From NCBI GenBank assembly GCA_937912115.1, contig CALDOI010000142.1:2098-66097 (forward strand): 64,000 bases of DNA. Direction: 5' to 3'. Of the stretch, positions 51,216-62,178 are shown one piece after another (position 1 is the stretch's first letter; each line of letters begins with the position of its first letter). The stretch comes from an uncultured Bacteroidota bacterium (GTDB taxonomy: Bacteria; Bacteroidota; Bacteroidia; Bacteroidales; F082). Below the pieces are notes generated by a model. The model ran no database searches. It was not told the DNA's origin and saw only the letters and a list, made by a program, of their open reading frames with translations. The position numbers and the translations under genes were made by a program.

Positions 51216-53189
51216 ATGAAGAAATCATACTTACCAAAACAATTCGTTTACATAATAGCTCTGGCATTATTGTTATCAAATCCTGTTTTTTCTCAAGTTA
51301 GAAACTGTGATTATGTAGTGCCACATATGGCAGATACTTGGATTTTTGGGATAAATGCCAGAATTAATTTCACCACTAATCCACCCGAAATTGTACCCAC
51401 TGCATTAAACTACGGGATGCCCTTTGGTACATCTACTATTTCAGATAAATATGGAAATATTCTATTGTTTACTAATGGTGAAACCGTTTGGAATAAAAGC
51501 AATCAAACCATGCAAAATGGAACCGGACTTAAAGGGTATAAGTATGGTGGACAATCATCCATAATAGTACCTCATCCAGGTAATTCTAATCAATATTTCA
51601 TTTTCACAACAAATTTATTTATTCCAACCTTTAAAACAGATGGCATAAACTATTCAACCGTTGATTTTAGTAATAATAGTTTAGGAGAAATTACTTCTAA
51701 AAATAATTTACTTCTATCTGAGAATTCAAAAACCATATGCGCTGTAAAGCATCATAATGGTATTGATTATTGGGTAATAGTGCATGGTTTTGGGCAAAAC
51801 AAAGGCAATAAATTTTATACCTTTCTTGTGGATACATCAGGTGTTGCTAATACTCCCATCGAAAGTACAACAGGTTATTTTCAATCAGGAGATATAAGTA
51901 ACCAAACTGGTTACATGAAAGCCTCATCAAATGGCGCAAAACTGGCACTTTCAGTTCCTTTCGATGGTGTTGTTGAAATACTCGATTTTAACAATGAAAC
52001 CGGTGTGATAAGTAATCCAATTACTAGTAATGTTGATTATTTGTATATCCCCGTTGGTATTGAATTTTCGCCTGATAATACAAAGCTTTACGTTACAACA
52101 AGCCCTATTAATAACGACACAAGCTATTTATTACAATTTGACTTAACATCAAATCAACCATTCACAAATCCTACTGCGGTTAATAAATTTGCTTACTTTG
52201 GAACTACTTCCGACAGTACCATGCAAGGTATACAACTAAGTGTTGATGGAAAAATTTATGTAACAAAAACAAAACAAAGTGGAGTACAACTTCCCAATTT
52301 AGGTGTTATTTATAATCCAAATCGATCTGGTTTGGCGTGTAATTATAATGAACTTGATTACAATAGTAATAATGGGTTATTTCTTGTTGGTGGAGGAAGT
52401 CAGGCAGGTTTGCCCGATTTCGTATCCGGTTTCCTTGATATACCACATTTTTATTATCTTAACCAGTGTTTAAACGACGAAACAAACTTCATAATCAGAA
52501 ACACTGCAAATCTGGAACCAACATGGGATTTCAAAGATCCGAATGGAATTTCGTTACTTGTTGATCCAATGAACCCCATACATGTATTTAGTGAACCTGA
52601 AACATATAATGTTGTCTTAACAGAAACTTATGACGGAATAGATTATATTTTTTCTGAGTCCGTTATTATAAACCCTCTTCCATCCATTGAAATTGGTCAG
52701 GGTTCAGATATCGTTTATATTCTTCCTGGTTCATCAATCAGATTAGATGCCGGTGAAGGCATGGATGTTTATTCTTGGAATCCTGGAGGTAGCTCAAGCC
52801 AATATCTAGATGTGGTTGAAGAAGGAATATACATAGCAACAGTTACTGACTTTAATTGCTGCACAAATTCTGATACTGTAGAAATAAAATATGCATCTTT
52901 ATCTTATCCTACTGCTTTTAAACCGGGTAGTTCAGTTTCTGAAAATAGTACCTTTGGAGTAGTTGGAAACCTTGGAGCAATATCTAAATATCAGATTAGA
53001 ATTTTTAATCGCTGGGGTCAAATGATATTTGAAACTGATAATCCGTTGGAAGGTTGGGATGGAAACCAGGATGGCTCAGCAGCACCTATGGGTACTTATA
53101 TTTACTCATCTGTTTTTACAAGTTTTGAAAGCGGCATTCAATCAAGCATTGATATAAAAAATACTGGAACTGTAACTCTAATCAGATAG
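51216..53189 (+). CDS. T9SS type B CTD (gliding-motility-associated C-terminal domain) protein with beta-propeller
   Basis: W.FG..A.I.F, ISDKYGNILLFTNG, GIEFSPD propeller motifs; CTD YPTAF.P...IFNRWGQMIF...WDG...GTYIY...GTVTLIR. ATG at 51216. Confidence 0.88.
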   Translation: MKKSYLPKQFVYIIALALLLSNPVFSQVRNCDYVVPHMADTWIFGINARINFTTNPPEIVPTALNYGMPFGTSTISDKYGNILLFTNGETVWNKSNQTMQNGTGLKGYKYGGQSSIIVPHPGNSNQYFIFTTNLFIPTFKTDGINYSTVDFSNNSLGEITSKNNLLLSENSKTICAVKHHNGIDYWVIVHGFGQNKGNKFYTFLVDTSGVANTPIESTTGYFQSGDISNQTGYMKASSNGAKLALSVPFDGVVEILDFNNETGVISNPITSNVDYLYIPVGIEFSPDNTKLYVTTSPINNDTSYLLQFDLTSNQPFTNPTAVNKFAYFGTTSDSTMQGIQLSVDGKIYVTKTKQSGVQLPNLGVIYNPNRSGLACNYNELDYNSNNGLFLVGGGSQAGLPDFVSGFLDIPHFYYLNQCLNDETNFIIRNTANLEPTWDFKDPNGISLLVDPMNPIHVFSEPETYNVVLTETYDGIDYIFSESVIINPLPSIEIGQGSDIVYILPGSSIRLDAGEGMDVYSWNPGGSSSQYLDVVEEGIYIATVTDFNCCTNSDTVEIKYASLSYPTAFKPGSSVSENSTFGVVGNLGAISKYQIRIFNRWGQMIFETDNPLEGWDGNQDGSAAPMGTYIYSSVFTSFESGIQSSIDIKNTGTVTLIR

Positions 53190-53238
53190 TATCTTTTATT
53201 AAATTGCCATTGTTTTATTAACCACAAAGTTTATTATT

Positions 53239-55377
53239 TTGAATTCATCTGCAAAACAAATAGCGGCTAATCTTAACGTTGCCGAGTGGCAGGTCAATAA
53301 CGCCATAGATTTAATTAAAGAAGGTGCAACTATACCATTTATTGCACGTTACCGTAAAGAGTTTACAGGTGAGCTAACCGATATTCAGCTAATTGAAATT
53401 CAAAAACAATGGGATCGTATTCTTGTTCTTGACGAAAGAAAAAAAGCTGTACTAAAATCACTTGAAGAACACGGCTTTATTAATGATGACCTTAGGAATA
53501 AGATTGGCTTAGCCCAGACAATTGCTGAAGTTGAAGATATTTATTTGCCATTTAAACCTAAGCGAAAAACGCGAGCAGTAATTGCACTTGATAAGGGGTT
53601 AGAGCCTCTTGCGAAGATGATTATGTCAGAAAATGTGAATAATGTTGATGAAGCAGCACAAAGATTTATTTCTGAAAAGCTTGGAGTTTCTGATTCTGAT
53701 GATGCACTTGCTGGTGCTCGCGATATTATCGCTGAATGGATTAGTGAGTATCAATGGGTTCGCCAAAAACTTAGGTTACAGTTTGAAAAATATAGCAGCA
53801 TCAGCTCAAAATGTGTTAAAGGTAAAGAAGAGGATGGTGCTAACTATAGTAGCTGGTTCGATTGGTCGGAGATATCTGGCAAGGCTCCTTCACATAGAAT
53901 ACTTGCTATGTTTAGAGGTGAAAAAGAAGGGTTCCTAAAACTGAAAATAGAACCTGATAAAGATAATGCCATCGAGCAGCTATCATCACGGTTAATTAAA
54001 AATAGCAATCCAGCATCAGAGCAAAAAAAACTTGCCATAATAGATTCTGTAAAACGTTTAATATTCCCATCCCTTGAAACAGAAATGCGTACTCTGCTTA
54101 AAGAGAAGGCCGACGAAGCTTCAATTGAGGTATTTGGTGATAATCTAAGTCAATTGCTTCTTGCTCCGCCAATGGGTCAAAAAAGAGTACTAGCCATCGA
54201 TCCTGGATTCCGTACAGGTTGTAAAGTTGTTTGCCTCGACAAAAATGGAAAACTATTGCATAACGACACTATCTATCCTCATCCGCCCCAGCGCGAATCA
54301 ACCATGGCGATCAAAAAAATCAATAATCTTGTCGACTCACATAACATCGAAGCAATTGCCATAGGAAATGGTACTGCAGGTCGTGAAACAGAGATGCTAA
54401 TTGAGCGTATTAAATTTAATCGCGATATTATTGCGGTATCAGTTAATGAAGATGGAGCTTCGGTTTATTCTGCATCTGCAGTAGCACGTGAAGAATTCCC
54501 GGAGTATGACGTAACAGTACGTGGAGCTGTTTCAATTGGACGACGCCTGCTCGACCCACTTGCCGAACTTGTAAAAATTGACCCTAAATCAATTGGTGTT
54601 GGTCAATATCAGCACGATGTAAATCAAAAATTACTTAAACAAAGCCTGCAATCAACTGTTGAACTATGTGTTAACAAAGTAGGCGTTGACCTAAATACTG
54701 CCAGTAAAGAATTACTAACATACGTTTCGGGATTAGGACCAAAAATTGCTTCTCAAATTATTGAATACAGGAATAATAATGGAGATTTTAAAACTCGCGA
54801 AGAATTATTAAATGTTCCCGGACTTGGTAAAAAAGCCTATCAGCAGGCAGCTGGATTTTTAAGGATTAAAAACGGAGATAATATTCTTGACTCAACTGCC
54901 GTGCACCCTGAGCATTATGATGTTGTTAAGAATATTGCCAAAAAACGTAGATTAAAACTGGAAGAGCTAATTGGCGACAAGCAACTTAGATCATCAATTA
55001 ATTTTGATGAGTTTGTTAATGACAATATTGGAATAATTTCGTTGAAAGATATACTTGACGAGCTTGAAAAACCCGGTAGAGATCCACGAAAGAAATTTGT
55101 AACCTTTAAATTTGACAGTCATATAAAAAGTATTGGTGATATATCTAATGGAATGGTATTACACGGAACCGTGACAAACATAACTGCATTTGGAGCATTT
55201 GTTAATTTGGGGATTCATGAATCAGCATTACTTCACAAAAGCCAGATTGCAAACGAATATGTATCAAACCCGGCTGATTATTTACGGATAAATCAACAAG
55301 TAATGGTTAAGGTTATTGAAGTCGACATTGAACGAAAAAGAATTGGACTGAGCATGAAAGATGTGAAACAAGATTAG
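53239..55377 (+). CDS. tex: Tex family RNA-binding transcriptional accessory protein
   Basis: GATIPFIARYRKE, IDPGFRTGCK, GASVYSAS, DPLAELVKIDPKSIGVGQYQHD, C-terminal S1 domain. Confidence 0.95.
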   Translation: MNSSAKQIAANLNVAEWQVNNAIDLIKEGATIPFIARYRKEFTGELTDIQLIEIQKQWDRILVLDERKKAVLKSLEEHGFINDDLRNKIGLAQTIAEVEDIYLPFKPKRKTRAVIALDKGLEPLAKMIMSENVNNVDEAAQRFISEKLGVSDSDDALAGARDIIAEWISEYQWVRQKLRLQFEKYSSISSKCVKGKEEDGANYSSWFDWSEISGKAPSHRILAMFRGEKEGFLKLKIEPDKDNAIEQLSSRLIKNSNPASEQKKLAIIDSVKRLIFPSLETEMRTLLKEKADEASIEVFGDNLSQLLLAPPMGQKRVLAIDPGFRTGCKVVCLDKNGKLLHNDTIYPHPPQRESTMAIKKINNLVDSHNIEAIAIGNGTAGRETEMLIERIKFNRDIIAVSVNEDGASVYSASAVAREEFPEYDVTVRGAVSIGRRLLDPLAELVKIDPKSIGVGQYQHDVNQKLLKQSLQSTVELCVNKVGVDLNTASKELLTYVSGLGPKIASQIIEYRNNNGDFKTREELLNVPGLGKKAYQQAAGFLRIKNGDNILDSTAVHPEHYDVVKNIAKKRRLKLEELIGDKQLRSSINFDEFVNDNIGIISLKDILDELEKPGRDPRKKFVTFKFDSHIKSIGDISNGMVLHGTVTNITAFGAFVNLGIHESALLHKSQIANEYVSNPADYLRINQQVMVKVIEVDIERKRIGLSMKDVKQD

Positions 55378-55970
55378 AAATCTATCTTCAATTGCAAGTG
55401 GTAATTAAATGTTTTTCGATGATATGCCGTTAAACCATATTTCTGAATTGCTAGTTTATGCTGCATGGTTGGATAACCTTTATTTGTATTCCATCCATAA
55501 TATGGATGCTTACTGTGTGCTTCAATCATATAGTCATCACGGTAGGTTTTAGCTAAAATTGAAGCCGCCGCTATGGATAAATACTTTCCATCACCTTTAA
55601 TTATACATTCATAATTAATATTTTGATAAGGTTTAAATCTATTACCATCTATAAGCAATAGCTCAGGTTTGATTTTTAATTTATCCAGCGCCCGATGCAT
55701 TGAAAAAATGGAGGCAACAAGTATATTTACTTCATCAATTTCAACTGGTGAATAGGAAGCTACTGCCCAGGAAAGAGCATTTTTCTCAATTTCATCCCGA
55801 AGTTTATATCTTGTTTTTTCGTTAAGTTTTTTTGAGTCGTTAAGCAATTCATTTTTATAATCCTTCGGAAGAATTACAGCAGCAGCAAAAACAGGTCCTG
55901 CAAGGCATCCCCTCCCCGCTTCATCACACCCAGCTTCGATAAGCTTTTTTGAGAAACTACTTAATAACAT
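55374..55970 (-). CDS. rnhB: Ribonuclease HII
   Basis: GCDEAGRGCLAGPV, NDSKKL, LIDGN, KGDG..SIAAASILAK, NKGYPT. Confidence 0.97.
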   Translation of the reverse strand: MLLSSFSKKLIEAGCDEAGRGCLAGPVFAAAVILPKDYKNELLNDSKKLNEKTRYKLRDEIEKNALSWAVASYSPVEIDEVNILVASIFSMHRALDKLKIKPELLLIDGNRFKPYQNINYECIIKGDGKYLSIAAASILAKTYRDDYMIEAHSKHPYYGWNTNKGYPTMQHKLAIQKYGLTAYHRKTFNYHLQLKIDF

Positions 55971-55974
55971 ATAA

Positions 55975-56967
55975 TTATGCCTCCAATAAGTCGGTAATTA
56001 AGTGTACATATTGATTAATAACAATAAGTATTGTGAGTATAGTTAAAGCAAAATTATACCACCGCAATCTTTTTACATAACTCAACCAGTTACCCACTAA
56101 CAATGCTGAAGGAATGCACAATAATAAAAGAGATGCAATAGATTTAGTAAAAACCATCAGAATTATAAAAACAACCAATAACAAAACTATCGTTATTAAA
56201 AGATTTCGCCTGAGGTTTATATTCTTTTCGTTTAACTTACCGGCAATACCCAATGCTGATATAATTATCAAGAATGTTAGTATCACCAATACAATCATCT
56301 CAATAGGACTATTAGTGATTTTAAGCATCATTTCAACTTTTAAGGAGTTAAACAATACATATGATTCCTCCAACATAATATCTAAAGCATAACAAATGGT
56401 TAGTAAAAAAAAATATGGTAGTGTAACTCCAATTATTGTAACAACAAGGTTTCTCCATGTTACTATACGATGAATAAAAATAGATAACCAGATAAATGCA
56501 AATAGAAGTATTAAAGGTGTATAAAATAAAGATGCAATTCCAATTAAAAATGAAGCATTAAATATTAAGGGTATAGTATTTTTTGTGTAGGGTAATTGCA
56601 TTAGGTTTCCCCATACAAATATTAGTATTAAGTTAATCCAGATAATTGGATTATTGTGATATTCTTCTACTAAAGCACTTGAAAATACGATAAATAAGGC
56701 TATTACAAGTGTACTAACTTTACCCACTAACCCAGTATCAATTGCATATTTATTTAGCAATATTGCAGAAAACAATGTTAGAAGAAATGAAATAGTGGTT
56801 AGAAAATAATTGTTTTGTGGGAAGATCTCAGCGAGTAGATTATAAGCATAGCTGGGTACTCCTGAATAACCTGTTGGATACAACAATGACGGTAACCAAA
56901 TTATTAGTCCTAGAAAAAAAACAAGAAGATACCTTGAGATGTAACCTGTGCTTAAAAACCTTATCAT
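55975..56967 (-). CDS. Polytopic membrane protein (DUF6427-like)
   Basis: About 9 TM helices; IFNASFLIGIASLFY and WRN..V..IG..LPY; directly downstream of purD. Confidence 0.65.
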   Translation of the reverse strand: MIRFLSTGYISRYLLVFFLGLIIWLPSLLYPTGYSGVPSYAYNLLAEIFPQNNYFLTTISFLLTLFSAILLNKYAIDTGLVGKVSTLVIALFIVFSSALVEEYHNNPIIWINLILIFVWGNLMQLPYTKNTIPLIFNASFLIGIASLFYTPLILLFAFIWLSIFIHRIVTWRNLVVTIIGVTLPYFFLLTICYALDIMLEESYVLFNSLKVEMMLKITNSPIEMIVLVILTFLIIISALGIAGKLNEKNINLRRNLLITIVLLLVVFIILMVFTKSIASLLLLCIPSALLVGNWLSYVKRLRWYNFALTILTILIVINQYVHLITDLLEA

Positions 56968-58263
56968 TTATTTATTATCATATTGAACTAGATCAAACCC
57001 TATATCCCTTCTTTCATATTTACCTTCAAAGTTAATCAAATCAACATTTGCATATGCCTTTTTGAGTGCGCTACTCATATTTTCACCCATAGCGGTAACA
57101 GCAATAACCCTTCCTCCACTTGTTTTTACAGAATTATTTTCAATATCGATTGCTGTTCCTGCATGAAATAGTATGCAATTATTTAGATTATCAAGCCCTT
57201 TAATCGCCTTACCCTTTTTATAACTTCCAGGATAACCTCCCGACACCAACATAATTGCTGCAGCTGTCCTGTTATCAAACTCAATTTTAGTATTCTTAAG
57301 ATTGCCTTTTGCTGTTGCGTCAAACAAATCCACTAAATCCGTAACAATTCTGGGAATTACTGATTCAGCTTCCGGATCACCCATTCTACAATTATACTCA
57401 ATTACATATGGGTTATCATCAACATTTATAAGTCCAAAGAAAATAAACCCCTTATAAATAATACCATCATTGGAAAGCCCAGCTACTGTTGGTTTAATAA
57501 TCCGATCCTCTACTTTTTTCATAAACTCAGCATTTGCAAATGCTACTGGTGAAATTGAACCCATACCGCCTGTATTCAGTCCGGTATCCGATTCGCCAAT
57601 TCGCTTGTAATCCTTTGCTTCGGGAAGGATAACATAATCTTCACCATCTGTAAGAACGAAAACCGATAATTCAATACCACTCAAAAACTCTTCAATTACA
57701 ACGCTTTTTGATGCTTCTCCAAATTTTTGCTCCGATATCATTGAGGTAAGCTCGGCTTTTGCATCTTCGGCACTATCAATTATCAATACACCTTTTCCGG
57801 CGGCGAGACCATCGGCCTTTAATACATATGGAGATGTTAAACTATCAATAAATAAATGTCCTTCGTTTATATTGGATGCATCAAATGTTTGGTATGCAGC
57901 AGTGGGTATATTATTTTTTGCCATAAAATCTTTGGCAAACGACTTACTGCCCTCCAATTTAGCCCCATCTTTTGATGGACCAATTACAGAAATATCTTTC
58001 AATACGGGATCAGCCACAAAAAAATCATAAATACCATCAACTAATGGTGCTTCAGGGCCAACAATAACCATATCAATTTCATTCTCAATAACAATCGTTT
58101 TTATTCTGTGAAAGTCATCAAGATCAACTGGAATATTTGTTCCAACATTTCGGGTACCTGCATTACCTGGTGCAATATATATGTTTTCTACTTTTTTGCT
58201 TTGAGCAATTTTCCATCCAATAGCATGCTCCCTTCCTCCACTACCTAGTATTAGTATATTCAT
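56968..58263 (-). CDS. purD: Phosphoribosylamine--glycine ligase
   Basis: [57 protein letters not shown]. Confidence 0.98.
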   Translation of the reverse strand: MNILILGSGGREHAIGWKIAQSKKVENIYIAPGNAGTRNVGTNIPVDLDDFHRIKTIVIENEIDMVIVGPEAPLVDGIYDFFVADPVLKDISVIGPSKDGAKLEGSKSFAKDFMAKNNIPTAAYQTFDASNINEGHLFIDSLTSPYVLKADGLAAGKGVLIIDSAEDAKAELTSMISEQKFGEASKSVVIEEFLSGIELSVFVLTDGEDYVILPEAKDYKRIGESDTGLNTGGMGSISPVAFANAEFMKKVEDRIIKPTVAGLSNDGIIYKGFIFFGLINVDDNPYVIEYNCRMGDPEAESVIPRIVTDLVDLFDATAKGNLKNTKIEFDNRTAAAIMLVSGGYPGSYKKGKAIKGLDNLNNCILFHAGTAIDIENNSVKTSGGRVIAVTAMGENMSSALKKAYANVDLINFEGKYERRDIGFDLVQYDNK

Positions 58264-58274
58264 TTGAGTATAAT

Positions 58275-59411
58275 TTAGTTTTGGTTATTGTCGTTTGTTT
58301 TAAGAATTGATTGCCACAAACTTTCCGAAGTTTTTTCCCATGAAAAATCTGCTCTCCTTTTTCTTCCCTTCTCAACTAATGAATTAGCAAATGCTTTATC
58401 CGACGAAATTTTGTGCATTGCGTCTGCAATTTGTTCAATGCTGGACGGATCTACCAACAAAGCCGCATCACCGGATATTTCGGGCATTGATGTAACATTG
58501 GATGTTATAACGGGCACTTCAGCATTATATGCTTCAATAATTGGAATCCCGAACCCTTCAAATACTGATGCATAAACAAGAGCTATGGCTGACCCCACCA
58601 CTTTACTAAGATCATCAGGCTCAAGCCTTCCCGTAAAAATAACATCGGTTTTATATTTCATTTTCTCATAAACTGACTTTATCTCTTCCGACCAATACAT
58701 TTTTACACCTACAACAACAAATTTAGCATTTGTTTTATACCTATCCTTATACTGATCAAAAGCTTTAAATATGTTTTGTAAATTCTTACGGGGATTAAGA
58801 GCTCCAACGAAAACGAAATAGTCGTCCCCATCAGTAAACTTATCTTTTATTAATTTAATATCTTCTTTATGGATGGGTTTAAACAACTCATTGGCTCCAT
58901 TGTATACCACATCAATTTTTTTAGGATCAATGCCATACTGTTTAATAATATCATTTTTTGAAAACTCAGAAACCGTTGCTATTCGTTTAGCCTTTTTTGC
59001 ATATCGAGGAGTAAAATAAGTATAATAATTCCTAACTAACCACTGCATATGCTCAGGAAAATGCTCAAAATTTAAATCATGAATAACTATTAAGTCCGAA
59101 TATTTTGAAGCAAGTGATAAATATGCATCAGGAGAAACAAATACATCTGGATTAATTTTCTTTAGGGCTCTTGGTATTGATATCTCAAACCAAATATAAT
59201 GCAAAATTGGATGACGAGCCGGAGGGCCGATAACAACAGCTGTAACGTTATCAGCAAAAATAAACTCATCATTAGTTGGTCTGTCGAAAATAAAATAGAA
59301 TTGATGCTCGGGATGTGATAATACAATACGCTTTAAGGATTCATAGGTAAACCATCCGATACCCTCCAATTTATTTTTTAATAACAACCTAGTGTTTACC
59401 GCAATTTTCAA
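58275..59411 (-). CDS. GT-B glycosyltransferase family 4
   Basis: [41 protein letters not shown]. Confidence 0.93.
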   Translation of the reverse strand: MKIAVNTRLLLKNKLEGIGWFTYESLKRIVLSHPEHQFYFIFDRPTNDEFIFADNVTAVVIGPPARHPILHYIWFEISIPRALKKINPDVFVSPDAYLSLASKYSDLIVIHDLNFEHFPEHMQWLVRNYYTYFTPRYAKKAKRIATVSEFSKNDIIKQYGIDPKKIDVVYNGANELFKPIHKEDIKLIKDKFTDGDDYFVFVGALNPRKNLQNIFKAFDQYKDRYKTNAKFVVVGVKMYWSEEIKSVYEKMKYKTDVIFTGRLEPDDLSKVVGSAIALVYASVFEGFGIPIIEAYNAEVPVITSNVTSMPEISGDAALLVDPSSIEQIADAMHKISSDKAFANSLVEKGRKRRADFSWEKTSESLWQSILKTNDNNQN

Positions 59412-59455
59412 TCTTTTCCCTTAATTAATGATGTGGCAAATATCCTAAAAAAAAC

Positions 59456-60016
59456 TCAGACCCGCTTATTAAGAAAATTAAAAAGGTAATAACATCCAAC
59501 TCCTATAATAATACCAAGTATTGCTCCAACAAAAACATCGGTAGGGTAATGAACCCCAAGGTACACTCTGCTAAAAATTATTAAAATTGCATATATCGAC
59601 ATAACCGGCCAAATCCACCAATGTTTGTCCCTTAGTAATAAAATAATAAACGAAGCAACAGCAAAGCTATTAGCTGCATGAGATGAAACAAAACCATACT
59701 TTCCGCCACAAGCTTTAACAAGATTCAATAACCCTAGCAAGTCTTCCTCATAACAAGGCCTTAGTCGTTGAAAAACATTTTTAAAAAGGTGAACCGAGGT
59801 TTGATCAGCAATTAAAACAACTAATGCAACAATCACTAAAACCAGCCATGATTTTTTTTTGTAATCAAGTATTATAATATAGAGCAATAGCAGATAAAGT
59901 GGCATCCAGCCCAGTTTCGAGCTTACAAATACCATAATAATATCAAGTACCTGATTATTAAACCCATTAATTAATAATAAGAGTTCCCTATCAAGCATTG
60001 CAATATACTCAAGCAT
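59456..60016 (-). CDS. PAP2 family phosphatase
   Basis: KNVFQRLRP, FVSSHA, SRVYLGVHYPTDV. Confidence 0.93.
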   Translation of the reverse strand: MLEYIAMLDRELLLLINGFNNQVLDIIMVFVSSKLGWMPLYLLLLYIIILDYKKKSWLVLVIVALVVLIADQTSVHLFKNVFQRLRPCYEEDLLGLLNLVKACGGKYGFVSSHAANSFAVASFIILLLRDKHWWIWPVMSIYAILIIFSRVYLGVHYPTDVFVGAILGIIIGVGCYYLFNFLNKRV

Positions 60017-60104
60017 ATGTGATTATTTTATTCGGAATAAAAAAGTTATTCCATACCATTAGAATACAATATTATTGAACTTGTATGAAAGTGCAACATT
60101 TTTA

Positions 60105-60728
60105 CTATTCACCTCCATTAACTGCTTTCATTTTTTGATCGAAATAGTATGAATTATAAGGATCGCGTCTCATCAAAATATCGATATATTGAATTGCCCT
60201 TTTATATTTACCCCTACCCATATATTTCTCCATTTTTTTTATGTAATACTCATCGCCATTACATAAAAACCCCGGATTATCAGCTTCCAACACAAGTAGT
60301 GCATCCTCAGTATTGGTTTCAGTACCCTTAAGAGTAAATTGTATTGGGACTTCAAAACGTGTATACTTCTCATCATTACAAGTATTCCAATGTCCTTCAA
60401 TACTTGTGAAAAACGAGGATATTTCATTATCAATTCCGTAGCCAAGTGGCGTTTTAATTTTCAGCTCATAAACTTCACCTTCGCAATTTACTCTAAACGA
60501 AACCAGGGCAATTCCCACAATACAATTTCCAACAGCCATTGGCGGATAAGTTACGGTTTGAATAAACATCTTTTCAAAGGTGTAAAAGCCCCCCTTAAAT
60601 CTATAGTTTAACAACTTAATCAAATTATCCTTGCGTGCTTGAGCAATGGAAACAGATTCCTGACTATATAATTGACATCCTATTGCTGAAACAATAATAA
60701 AAACAAATAATAATATTGATTTCTTCAT
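60105..60728 (-). CDS. Exported protein with TonB C-terminal-like domain and helical tail
   Basis: Signal peptide; FKGG...F....V.YP..A....VG...VSFRV..EG.V....LGYGIDNE...W...VPIQF. Confidence 0.6.
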   Translation of the reverse strand: MKKSILLFVFIIVSAIGCQLYSQESVSIAQARKDNLIKLLNYRFKGGFYTFEKMFIQTVTYPPMAVGNCIVGIALVSFRVNCEGEVYELKIKTPLGYGIDNEISSFFTSIEGHWNTCNDEKYTRFEVPIQFTLKGTETNTEDALLVLEADNPGFLCNGDEYYIKKMEKYMGRGKYKRAIQYIDILMRRDPYNSYYFDQKMKAVNGGE

Positions 60729-60760
60729 TATATAATTACTAATTGATTAAAGTGGTAAAA

Positions 60761-61093
60761 CTAATTCCTTTTACTAAGAACTTCTTTTATATCACACAAT
60801 AATTGTTTGGTTCTTTTCAAAGTGGAAATAACATCAAGTTTATCGATGGTGTCATCTTCTTTTCTATTATTGAGATAATCATTAACTCCTTGAATTGTCA
60901 TTCCTTTTACCTTAACAAGATGATAAACTATTTCAATATTATCAATATCTTTTTTTGAGTAATATCTTGTTCCTTTTTCGTTTTTCTTTGGCTTAATAAA
61001 AGCAAACTCCTTTTCCCAATACCTAATCAAGGATGTATTTACGTTGAACTTTTTAGCTACATCACCTATTTTAAAATAAATCCTTTCAGCCAT
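60761..61093 (-). CDS. MerR family transcriptional regulator
   Basis: YFKIGDVA..F.VNTSLIRYWEKEF..IKPKK..KGTRYY; LVKVKGMTIQG. Confidence 0.92.
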   Translation of the reverse strand: MAERIYFKIGDVAKKFNVNTSLIRYWEKEFAFIKPKKNEKGTRYYSKKDIDNIEIVYHLVKVKGMTIQGVNDYLNNRKEDDTIDKLDVISTLKRTKQLLCDIKEVLSKRN

Positions 61094-61110
61094 GATTTAA
61101 TAATTAAAGC

Positions 61111-62082
61111 TTAATCAAGTGATTGATTAGGAAGCTTGGATAATGTTAGTATGGTTTCAAATTCATCTGGCGATAAGTCGTTAAAGAAGTAGTAAATAGG
61201 ATTTAATGTACGATTGTTTTTCCTAACCTCATAGTGCAAATGAGGAGCTGTAGATTTACCGGTATTCCCAACAGTAGCAATTATCTGACCTCGATTTACA
61301 ATTTCTCCTTTTTTTACCTTTATGTCTTTAATATGAGCATAAAATGTTCGATAACCATAACCATGATCGATAGTTACAGTATTACCATATCCTCTCCGCG
61401 AATGGTTAGTTTTAACAACCGTACCCGCGCCACTCGAGTAGATAGGAGTTCCCTGAGGAGCACTAAAGTCAACTCCTGCATGGAATTTATTAATTTTATA
61501 TATCGGATCGATTCGATATCCGTAATACGAGGATAACCTTTTTAGTTCTTTATTATTTACTGGCTGAATAGCCGGAATACAAGCCAACATATTTTCTTTG
61601 TTCCGTGCCATCTCGTAAACATCATCAAACGACTTCGACTGAACATAGAGCTCGCTGGCTAGTTTGTCAAGTTTCCTCGCTGTTTCAATCAATAATTCCG
61701 AATTGTTATATCCTTCAAGTTTTACATATCGGTCTACACCTCCATATCCTGCCTGCCGTTCTTCAATCGATATGGGTTCAGCTTCGAAAATAACTCTGTA
61801 AATATTATCATCTCGGTCAGCCATTTCATCAACAAGTTCTTGAAGGTTTACAAGCCTATCGTTCATTATCTGATACTGGAGTTCATATTGAGAAATTTCG
61901 CTCTTCAACATTCTTTCTTTTGGAGATTCGAAAAACGTATAAGAGACTATGATCAAGGCAATTGAAAATGCCAATGCTGTTATCAGAAATAGTAATCCAC
62001 GAAATATTCTTTGCAGTGATGAAGTTTTCGATTCTTCATATGACAGTGACTTCTTGTTAAAAATGTACTTTTTCTTTGCCAT
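61111..62082 (-). CDS. M23 family metallopeptidase
   Basis: N-terminal TM and coiled coil; IPAIQP; HAGVD; YAH; STAPHLHYEV. Confidence 0.94.
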   Translation of the reverse strand: MAKKKYIFNKKSLSYEESKTSSLQRIFRGLLFLITALAFSIALIIVSYTFFESPKERMLKSEISQYELQYQIMNDRLVNLQELVDEMADRDDNIYRVIFEAEPISIEERQAGYGGVDRYVKLEGYNNSELLIETARKLDKLASELYVQSKSFDDVYEMARNKENMLACIPAIQPVNNKELKRLSSYYGYRIDPIYKINKFHAGVDFSAPQGTPIYSSGAGTVVKTNHSRRGYGNTVTIDHGYGYRTFYAHIKDIKVKKGEIVNRGQIIATVGNTGKSTAPHLHYEVRKNNRTLNPIYYFFNDLSPDEFETILTLSKLPNQSLD

Positions 62083-62120
62083 AATAACCCAGCTTAAAAT
62101 GCGAAATTAATTATTTAGGC

Positions 62121-62128
62121 TAAATTTG
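62121..62128 (+). promoter_or_regulatory. -7 promoter element TAAATTTG for alaS
   Basis: Exact TAnnTTTG about 50 nt upstream of the alaS ATG. Confidence 0.55.
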
Positions 62129-62178
62129 CAATCTTTTAATAATAAATGTTTCAACAACTGAATGTTAACTATTTGAAT

